DNA of 63,982 bases, the filler included, from Stramenopiles sp. TOSAG23-3 (lineage: Eukaryota), in the NCBI GenBank assembly GCA_900128585.1. It is 4 parts of 4 records of this genome, joined end to end, with 100 filler letters (N's around TTAATTAATTAA, not from the genome) between each part and the next. Parts side by side here need not be neighbours in the genome. Positions count along the whole stretch, not along the records: positions 1 to 16,011 come from LT642503.1; positions 16,112 to 32,065 come from LT642504.1; 2 more parts are not named here. One strand, written 5' to 3'. The notes under the pieces are model-generated. The model made no database searches. It was not told where the DNA came from and worked only from the letters and a program-made list of their open reading frames with translations. How positions within the stretch are numbered: the first letter of the stretch is position 1; each line of letters begins with the position of its first letter. Shown here piece after piece: positions 9,876-19,180 of this stretch. A program made the translations under genes and the position numbers.

Positions 9876-11732
9876 TTAAGAATCAAGCTGGGTAAGCATT
9901 GCCACACCACTCTTGATCCAGTCATTTTGTGAATGTTTTGAAGACATCGGGATTCGAAAATTGATAACAAAATTTGTAGACATCCCAGTTGTTGATAGCG
10001 TTCCCCAACGCGCAGATGTCTTATATGTTGGGCAAATGTACACATGTGCAGTGCCCCCAGGTTCACCCACAACGATTTCTATTTCTTTCGTGGGCTTGGG
10101 TAGCATCCAAATGACAGGCATGCTTTGGTATAACACTTTAGGTTGGCTACGGTCCAGAGAACCGTTTATTTTGTTTGACATTTTGTTTTCACCGTCTGGG
10201 TCCCATCTTGCACCCTCTAGATATAGGCCATGGACGTAGCACCCATGCCTTGGAGCTTCCGCCATTGTATCCGCAGACCCCTTTAAAGGATGCAATATTT
10301 CAAAATCGAATGCAATTTCATCTATTGGAACTTGCTGTCGTCTGGCATAGTTTTGGAGTGTACCTGTTATAAAAGACTGCGTGAAGAACAAGCCTGAAAA
10401 CCAAAATACTTTGGGCGCCCCATTCTCTATCCAATCACTGAAAAATTTCAGTCTGGCACCTAAATCCTTTATCCAGCCATTAAGCGGTTTCAAAGACGGA
10501 TATGATACACCTTGCCACAACAAGGGAACAGTACCATTCACCATAGACTCTCCTACTTTCTCTAACGTTTCTGACATTAGAACGATCCCCTTTATAGCTT
10601 TCTGGATTTCTATGATACTTTCATCTAAAACTCTCATAAGTCCATTGAAGCGCATCAATTCTTGGGTTAAAACAGTATTGAGACTTTCTTCATGCATGAC
10701 AGGGAACTTTATTGCTGCAGCTTCACAGTCGAAACGAAAAGATGACGGAAGTTTGGTTTCAATCGCATTGGCAATTTTCATTACTTGATTATCCCACGAA
10801 TCGCCAGAATCCCCCCCGCTTGATCTAGGTTGTAAGGACAGGACACTGTCGAGCAAACTCGTGCTCTCAGCTACTGCACAAGATATATTTGCATTGGGGT
10901 GTAGTCCATACATCTCTGGCCCTGCCTCGGTTAGAGGGAAACTTCTGATTTTCTTTAAATACTCAGAAATATTACCGAGGGGGGGCATAATGTAGCTATT
11001 ACAAGAAGAGAAAGAGTGGGGTTTGTGTTCGTTCAAGACGTTTGGGTTATAGAAGTCTTCTAGTATGGTCATGAGTGTGCGTCTATCCTGGGCATCAGTA
11101 ACCCTCCCGCCGTAATTACATTGTCCAACCAAGTATTTTAAAGCTGAAAAAGGTATTGCGTCCACAACGGCTTTGTAAACCTCTATTTTCATTGGTCGAG
11201 GCCCTCCTTCGTTCGCTTTCGCTTTTACTGCGATATCCAGTAATGACGGACTTATTTCAGCATTGTCAACAAATATACGAAGCTGATCTTTACAGATCGT
11301 CCTGTCAGATTCACTGAATTCGTACGCTTTATTCCAACCCAATGGGCCGTATTTTGCTCGCTCCAAAATAGAAGCATGAAAAAAGCACAAACTAAATAAC
11401 AACTTTTTGAAGATATCGGGAAAGAGGCTTCCCTCAAACCATTCAGTATCAAACGTCAAATAACTACCCAACACACTGGCTCTGATCCCTTTTGGTGGCT
11501 CTTTTGTGATTTTTATTGAGCTCTGCAATACAGGGACAGGAAATTCGGGGCATGGCATCGTTGTTAACCACAGTCGAAATTCTGGATGTGTAAAATCTGG
11601 AGCAAACGTTTCGCAAATTCGCTCTAACGTTGGTAGCCAGCTGACTGACAAATGACAATTTTGCAAACAAACCCACGATCCTTTGTCCACCGCTTCACTT
11701 ACGGCATTTTCTGCAATTATCCCTTGCCCCAT
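9876..11732 (-). pseudogene. Axonemal dynein heavy chain, C-terminal fragment only (AAA6 region to C-terminus)
   Basis: GQG..AE, WVCLQNCHL..SWL, HPEFRLWLT, EPPKG, KYGPLGWN.AYEF, YGGRVTD..DRR, GLHPNA, GLYLEGARW, CPTYKT, WIKSGVA. Starts in the middle of the conserved SLGQGQG motif and has no internal stops. Confidence 0.88.
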
Positions 11733-12327
11733 CTTTTATCCAGTCTTCTGGCTTTTTAACATCAAATTCTGATGAATCAAAAATGTGCAACGGCATCTTT
11801 GATTGATCAATGCGCAGATATCCTGGATCTTCAATGGGGGGAGATATTTCTTCCAGAGCCAAATCTTTTTCTACAACGCTGTTTGCATTTTGTTCACCAA
11901 AAATATTTGTAGCGGGTGCGCCAAAAAGATCTTTTGATGGCTTTACTTTTTTTGGAGAGGTTGCTTTAAAAAACTTTCGTCTTTGGTTCTTATATGGGAA
12001 CTGTTTTAATCGAGCTCCTGGCATTGGGCGCGCGGGAGCACGTTCAAATGAGACTGCAGGGGGAACGTACTTCGGAGCACGAACACCATTGACTTTTCCA
12101 CCGCGTCCGTCGTGAATCAAGGGAGTCGACTTTTCCTTCAATGCCTTGACTGTGTACGAATGAATCGTAGAACGATTTGATCGTTGTTTTCCCAATTGAA
12201 ATTTTTTACGAACATCTTCAGCAGGGGGTCGTGGAACGCGAGTTACAGACTCACGTTCGCGGTCTTCTACCCATTTTGGCAAGGGAAAGAAGAGATTGTT
12301 GTTCTCGTAAGATCTTTGATCGGCCAT
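11695..12327 (-). pseudogene. N-terminal fragment of an inner-arm (DNAH1-like) dynein heavy chain, joined out of frame to the C-terminal fragment
   Basis: ATG start at 12327. MPLHIFDSSEFDVKKPEDWI resembles the LPL..FD...FD.R.P..W motif of DNAH1-type N-termini (recalled, not searched). Overlaps the downstream fragment in a different frame. Confidence 0.65.
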
Positions 12328-13097
12328 TTGTAAATCAAATAGAGCTATGAACTAAGAATTGAATTACGTCAATATAGGACGATTGTATTGAGAATGACTG
12401 CAAAGATCTTGAAATTATGACAGATCAATTTAATCGTTAATAAAACTTACGGTTTAAAGAACAGTTAGAATTTAATATCATCGAAATATACCTTTAACAA
12501 TTTCTTCTTTTGGCAGGTATGATTGATATAGATGATTAATTTTATAAGGTGACGACCTCACAACTTTTTCTATTCACTCTTCTCTTGCTTCTTGCTTGAT
12601 GATATAAAAAATAAAACAATAATCATGTAACGACAGGAATTAACAAGTGGTCCAACAAGGGCATATCATTATTCCGTTTGACAGTTATTTTTTTAAATAT
12701 TACATTGGGCGTTCTGTGTCGTTTTATAGGTACTGTACATTGTGTTTTGCTAATACCAAGGTAGTGGACAAAAAATCGTTTAGTTATGTGTTTTTAATTC
12801 CGAATGGTATTTTACATAATCATAGCATTAGAATTGAAAACATAAAGAATTCAAACGATGAGAGATCGAGGCAGCATGGAAACATTGTTAAAAAGAACAA
12901 GATACATTATTGCCGTATTAAAAATAATTAGGAATCCCTATCAGTAAAAACAGTAGTAAATCAATCAGTAAAATGTTTTTATTTAACAAAAACAAAAAAA
13001 AACAAACCAACAACATCAGCGAACGAAATTCCGTTTTTTTAATGAGGAGGGTCAGCCACTCAACACATGCCGGCAAATACAACTGAAGGAAGGTAAA

Positions 13098-13860
13098 TCA
13101 ATCACTCGGTAGCATCTCATTTTTCAACGAGTCCAACTCAACTGATGAAGGATCACGAATATGGCGTTCATTGCCAGATTTTGATTCAAGTTTACCTTCT
13201 ACGGGCAATAACGGCGCAAACACCCTGAATGGTACACCCTCGGGCATTCCTTGACGTCGCAGCATATCAACTCTCCTCCAGTATTGCAGACGTCTTTGGG
13301 GACGCTTCCTTCACCTTTCGCTTTTTAGTTACAGGTTTTACTGAAAGGCCACTCCCATCTTTATTTACACTAATTATGACGTCATTGCTTGCACGTTTCT
13401 TCTTCGCCTTCGCGCCCGCCTTTCCGTCCCCAAGGGTCGGCCAGGTCGCCACCCACGCCATGCTATCCCGGACGTAGTTTGTATTGCCGTTCATCATGTC
13501 GTCTGCCAGCGCAACTGCCCTTTTAAATACTTTACTTTGACGCTGAGATTTTTTTACGCCCTTCTGGGTTTTGCTTAAAGCGTTGGAGTACACCTGAAGC
13601 CTATTCTTCTGTTCGCACCAGCCGTACGTTTTTGAAGCAAAAAAGAAAACGAAAAGCTGCTTTTTATCAGGTTGGTCTGGCAGGTGGCCTTCGTTTTGTG
13701 TTGCACGGTGAACCTCCGCGGGGGTAGCAATGCGCCCCGGCCACCAAGCGAATGTCTTGTACCTTGCCCACACCAAATCTCCCACCCCATAATCATCGCC
13801 GGATTGGAAGCATATATCCTCAAACGTGCTCTCGTCAAAATTCAAGGCTTTCCCGCTCAT
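13098..13860 (-). pseudogene. PWWP-domain chromatin protein with an out-of-frame PHD-finger fragment (NSD-like; disrupted)
   Basis: PWWP (YGVGDLVWARYKTFAWWPGRI..LFVFFFASKTYGW) runs from ATG 13860 to TGA 13267. A second frame at 13294-13199 encodes DVCNTGGELICCDVKECPRVYHSGCL. A third frame at 13217-13098 gives a plausible C-terminus. Confidence 0.7.
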
Positions 13861-14141
13861 TCTCCCCAATAACGACGAAGATACCACCGCAAGCGGACAC
13901 AGTAAAAGGCAGTCAAAATTCGCGCAAACGACTTTTTTCAAACTAGCTTATATATATCTATGTTGGATGTTTGTGCGTGCGTGCGTGCGTTTCTTATTTG
14001 AATAATAGAAGAAAGGCGTGCTTTTATATAAATTATTCAATTTGACACTCACGATTTAAAAACTTTGAAAACAAAAACAAAGAAACAAAAAGGTTATTAT
14101 TTATATCATCATTATTATTTTTTATTAATATTTATTAATTA

Positions 14142-14223
14142 NNNNNNNNNNNNNNNNNNNNNNNNNNNNNNNNNNNNNNNNNNNNNNNNNNNNNNNNNNN
14201 NNNNNNNNNNNNNNNNNNNNNNN
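14142..14223. other. Scaffold gap (82 N)
   Basis: Run of N without the TTAATTAATTAA linker; it truncates the voltage-sensor ORF. Confidence 0.95.
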
Positions 14224-14725
14224 GGGTGCGACCGGCCCGAAACAGCAAACAGATCCGGAACGACTGGATGGCATACCTACCAATAACAACCCAAGACACA
14301 AAAACTTCTTCTACTTCCGTCTCTTCTGGTATGAAAAGAAAGCACACCACCGAAAACAGGCAAAGGAGCGTCACGAGCAAGTCAAAAACGTTATAATTGT
14401 TCTTCCAGAACTCATCCTTCTGAGAAACGTATCGGACTGCAATCTCCAGCGTCAAAAACACGTTTAGGATGATTTCCAACGCCACCAATAACGGCGGGAC
14501 CGTATACGCACTTGTCAAGTAATGCGTCGCCAGAAGCATGACGATTGCCACAATGCTCAAAACTATCATGAGCGCATAAAACAAAATGTACGCCCTAGAA
14601 AAATACAGGCGCGACGCTACCATACTCCACACTTCGCGCCGGGACACTGCTGTCGCCAACTTTTGCCCTGCACCACCGCCACCACCATCATCAAACCGAT
14701 GAGATCCATTGCTTTCACGCGACAT
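14224..14725 (-). CDS. Ion-transport/voltage-sensor (S1-S4) membrane protein, 3'-truncated by the gap
   Basis: Four hydrophobic helices with LEIILNVFLTLEIAVRY (S2), FWKNNYNVFDLLV (S3) and Arg-bearing GRYAIQSFRICLLFR (S4). ATG at 14725. Confidence 0.75.
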
Positions 14726-15159
14726 TATTAATCGAGAGCACGGTCGGCGATTCTTCAAGACAACCGTATCGACCCTTTCTATCTATGTGTGCGTGCAGCA
14801 ACTGCGTGTGCTCTCCACCCCTTTCAATCCAACCGCACGCAACAACGGTATAAAGACTCACTCCCTCTGCGTGTATGGGTTTGTATTATCGATATGTTCA
14901 ATCAACCCGCCAAAAAAGGGATTATACTTTGCCTTTCTGTATATATTTAATTCTGTTTCAAAACTGCTAAATTGTTTCAACACACTTTATCTGTTAAGTC
15001 TTCCTTTCGACGAGACGATCACAAGACACCACTGACGACTGATGATGACGTCGCGACCGACGGACGGACGGATTATTTGTTGGTACTGCTCTGATGATGT
15101 TTTTTCTGATAGAGATGATTATAATTGGATGATTGATTGATACATGCGCTTGTTTGTTT

Positions 15160-15530
15160 CTGTTTCCTTCTTCTTCTTCTTTCTTCGTTCTTCTTTTTTT
15201 CTTTCTTTTTTTTTTTTTTATTAATAAAAAAATAGTGTCAGCGCACACCGCACACCACACAATACAACATAACAACAACAAAACGAAGAAGAAAAGAAGA
15301 AGAACTTTATTATTATTATTAAAAAAAAAAAAAGAAGAAGAAGGGGAAGAAGAAGAAGAAGAAGAAAAAAGAAGGAAGAAGAGAGAAGAAGAAAAAAGAA
15401 GGAAGAAGAAAGAAGAAAGAAGAAGAGGAAGAAAGAAGAAAGAAGAAGAAGAAGAAGAAAGAAGAAAGAAGAAGAAGAAGAAGAAGAAAGAAGAAAGAAG
15501 AAGAAGAAAAGGTCTTCTTCTTCTTTTTTT
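15160..15530. repeat. (CTT/T)n and (GAA)n-rich polypyrimidine/polypurine tracts
   Basis: Directly visible; an approximately 190-bp pure purine run at 15321-15512. Confidence 0.9.
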
Positions 15531-16011
15531 ATATACATTTAATAATAATTGCTTTCGGTTGTTTGTTGTTTGTACTTGTTAGTTTGTATTATATATATAT
15601 AGAGAGAGAGAGAGAGAGCAAAGTAGTTTAATTAATAATAAAATGAAGAAGTGATATTTTATTTATTATTTATTATTTATCTATGCTATTTCCATATTAA
15701 TAATCATGATGATATTTTAAGAACAAACCGAGGAAGCTTTTTTTATTATTATCCTTTGTTTAACATGGAAATACCATTGAAATATATGGGTAAAGAAAGA
15801 CCGATGCTGTGGTTACCTTGTCAAACATAGGAGGAGTGAGTTGACGAAGAAAGTTTTCCTTAATTTTAGTTTTATTTTAGTGTTAATGATACTGCGAAGA
15901 GAGAAGTCACGAAGACAGAGCAGGATAACCTGACCCTAACCCTACCATGCTGTCACAGCATGGGTAAAAAACTTCAAAGTCGATTTTAAAAGCTTTCTCG
16001 GGCTCGAATTG

Positions 16012-16111
16012 NNNNNNNNNNNNNNNNNNNNNNNNNNNNNNNNNNNNNNNNNNNNTTAATTAATTAANNNNNNNNNNNNNNNNNNNNNNNNNNNNNNNNN
16101 NNNNNNNNNNN
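16012..16111. other. Artificial contig-joining linker (44N-TTAATTAATTAA-44N, stops in all six frames)
   Basis: Exactly 100 bp, repeated identically three times in the window. Confidence 0.97.
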
Positions 16112-16400
16112 AAATGAACCGTAATCAACTTCCTCATCCGATATCTCACTCATAGGTGACTCAATCCTTGTACGATTTTCCAAGCAGCGGTTTAATTGTT
16201 TTAGAGGTGCTCGTTGTCTGTCTTGTAAATCAGTCAAGGAATTGTCATCTGTGGGTTGAGTTGTCGGGGGAGGGTCGTTTGTGTCATTTTCGATCAGCGG
16301 TGCGGTAGATGTGGTTCGTTGGCGTGCCCGTTGGGAACTCGTCCTGCTGGCAACGCTCTGATTCCCTGTGTCTTCATCCGAGGATAGCACTACCAGGTTA
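16112..16400 (-). CDS. Possible partial exon of a low-complexity protein running off the contig end
   Basis: Open Ser/Thr/acidic frame of about 95 codons, preceded by TTTTGTTTTCAAAG (possible acceptor). No ATG and no recognisable domain. Confidence 0.3.
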
Positions 16401-16484
16401 ACCTTTGAAAACAAAATAATGTCTGTTATTTAGTGATTAAAATTTTACCCTAGAGTCTAAGAATTATAACTAAAAAAATAAGAT

Positions 16485-17696
16485 CTACGTTCGCTGCTTT
16501 TTAGTCACTGGCCCCGAATGCATGGCCTGTATTTTCTTTTCCTTGCCCTCGCCTTCCCCGCAGCCTGTTTTGATACCCTCAGTGCTTCTTTTTAACTTAC
16601 CGCAACTGTTTTCGACTAACTTGACGGGCAACGTATTGGTAAATCCGTCGCCTTGGTTCCCACTCCCTAACATATACTTCCTTTCCATCATTTGCAGCGA
16701 GACATACTTATGCTGCATGCAATCTTTTTTCACAAATACAAAGCGCATGCCACTTAGGCTTCTATCTAACGTAATAGCAGCCATGCCACTCAGTTCGTTG
16801 CGCTTGCCAACACCTTGCTCGGTATGCAGTATATTCCCCCCAACAGCTGCCGTCGTAATACATTCAATGGTCTTCCCCGTTTCTTTGTCGTGATATGTGC
16901 CAACCACATTCCGGTGGTAATGCCCAGAAAACCAGTGTGTGCAGCCATTCTTGGCTAGCCTACTTAACAAACTTTTTCGGCACTTTGAACTAAACGAGAA
17001 ATACCCGTCTGCTTCATCCTGGTGATCGATGAATGGGGGAATGTGCGAAAATACACAACAGCGACGATCGGGACTACTTTCGGGCACGCCAACACGTACC
17101 CCTTTTAACTGCGCATCGAACCATTTGTCCTGTTCCAGGGCCAGCTCTTTCGCATTATCATCACACTTGTATAGCTGCGAGTTCATCGAAATGAATTTTA
17201 CTCCCCCATACCAAAAGTAAAAATAATCTGCACTGAAGCTGGAGTTGAACACAGCAACGTCCGCTTCGCTTGGTTTTTCTCCCACGTCGTGGTTTCCGCA
17301 CAGGCATACCAATTTTATCAACGGGCTTACCTTTGAAAATATGTTCTTGAAGTCTTCTACTTCTTGGGCGTATTTGTTCGTTTTACTAGGGTACGCGTTC
17401 ACTAAATCGCCGCAGACCACAACAAACGCGGGAGGGGGGCGCAACCGGTTTAAATAGTTTACCGTTGTCCGAGAAAATTCTTTTTCCGCTTCGTACAAGT
17501 CCTTAACCCCGTCGCAACCCACTAGAGGCAAAAAATCGCTGCCCCCCATGCCTTCTATCATCCCTAGCTGGGTGTCAGCCAGGCAGACAAAGTAAAACTC
17601 TTCTGTGAACGAAGACGGGGCAGCCCATTCCTTAATCTTACGCCCAATCGTCAGAGACGAAAAGCGGTCCGAGCCGGCTGTTGCTTCCTCGGCCAT
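16485..17696 (-). CDS. CPPED1: Calcineurin-like metallophosphoesterase, CPPED1-like
   Basis: ADTQLG, FVVVCGDLVNA, CGNHDVG, FSHIPPF, FSGHYHRN motifs. First ATG is 17696. Confidence 0.85.
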   Translation of the reverse strand: MAEEATAGSDRFSSLTIGRKIKEWAAPSSFTEEFYFVCLADTQLGMIEGMGGSDFLPLVGCDGVKDLYEAEKEFSRTTVNYLNRLRPPPAFVVVCGDLVNAYPSKTNKYAQEVEDFKNIFSKVSPLIKLVCLCGNHDVGEKPSEADVAVFNSSFSADYFYFWYGGVKFISMNSQLYKCDDNAKELALEQDKWFDAQLKGVRVGVPESSPDRRCCVFSHIPPFIDHQDEADGYFSFSSKCRKSLLSRLAKNGCTHWFSGHYHRNVVGTYHDKETGKTIECITTAAVGGNILHTEQGVGKRNELSGMAAITLDRSLSGMRFVFVKKDCMQHKYVSLQMMERKYMLGSGNQGDGFTNTLPVKLVENSCGKLKRSTEGIKTGCGEGEGKEKKIQAMHSGPVTKKQRT

Positions 17697-19180
17697 TGCT
17701 TCTGCCCAGAGTCTAGCGAGTGCCTGTGTGTGTGTGTACGGACCGAAGTAGTCCAAACAAACAAGACCCCGTACTTAGGAAATTTTATGCCCTCTCCGCG
17801 GAGCACTTTGTTCTTTTGTAGAATATCGTGCAAAGGGAGATATCCTGAATTTTTGCTAATTTAGGCAGGACGGGAAGGGGTACAAGTTAAGAGACGACAA
17901 GTTATTGACCGATCAATTGGAACCTGGCATCATCAACAAATAATTATATATGGTGGTAGATCGATAGTCGTCTACCAAGTACTACACTAACTTAACTAGA
18001 CGACTAGTATATAATAAATAGAATATAAAATAATAATAGAAGAGAAGAAGAAGAAAGAAGAATATAATACCAATTTAAATAAACAACAGTATTTTTTTAT
18101 AAAAAAAGGAAGAAGAAGAGGAAAGAGGAGGAGGCAGAAAAAATAATAAACAACCGTACCGTGGATGGAACCGGTTCCTGTGTTCGTTTTAATATTTTAC
18201 CTGGTGGTAGGTAATAGTCTACCTGGTATAATTTTTTAACTGGTACAGTCACAGGTCACAGGTTCGGTAGTAAAATAGTTGTACAGGTATATTATACCGA
18301 GGGAAATATAATACTGTAGCAAAACCAAAATTAAAAATATTAATGAAAAATAATAGAAAAAAATCACTACAGAAGCCGAAAACTCATTTCTTTATTTTAT
18401 TATTACATTATATAATGTAAACCAGGTGGGGAAAATTACAAATAATGGTATTTTACATAAACAATTCAGCTTCAACAATAATGGTGCGTCCTATTATTAC
18501 TGCCAAATGGCAACGTTAATAATATAAGTACAACAAATTGTATTCTACTATTTGCCTATTAGAGAAATTTCTTCATCCTCTCCTTTTTTTTTTATTTTTA
18601 TTTTTTAGAATGAAGAAAAAAAAAAGAAGAAGATCTTTTCTTTCACGCTTCCGCCACACCAGTATTATACCGTACCGGTAATAGTACGAGGCGGAGTATA
18701 ATAGCATCATTACGGTACGTTATATTGTATACTAATTATAATATAATTACGGACTGTACTCCTCCTTTATCCTATTTATTAGTGATGGGTGATGAAATTG
18801 ATTATGATACGATGATGATGAAGAAGAAGATAAAATAATAATAATAATAATAAAAAATAAATAATAATAATAATGAAGAATCATTGATGATGAATGTGGT
18901 GGCGATGTAGGTGTTTTATTACTATTGCCTTTAAGTGACATCGTGGCATTTGTCATGCAAGTCATCTTGAAACCGTCTGTTTGATATTATTTGCAAACGA
19001 AGGGCGACAAGTTTTTGTTGTTGATGAGTACTTAACAATATATGGAGGGTGACCGCCCATCTTGCGAACGCGGAATTATTTTTTAAAGCTATCTATCGCC
19101 AAGGTGCGTTTCCTTATACCGCGCCGCGCTTCTTCGCAAAGCCTGACGGTTAGGGTGGACGGAGCAGGGTTTGTTTGGGC

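Noticed and set aside
14224-14725. Call as Hv1 proton channel
   Set aside because: S4 lacks the RxWRxxR signature and S1 has no selectivity Asp; the ORF is also truncated by a gap.
14994-15582. K/E/R-rich and F/L/S-rich ORFs
   Set aside because: Translations of GAA/CTT microsatellites; the same applies to ORFs at 53241-53638 and 61776-62074.
16056-16067. TTAATTAATTAA repeated at about 16-kb spacing as a biological periodic element
   Set aside because: Always embedded in 44+44 N; a standard artificial six-frame-stop linker.
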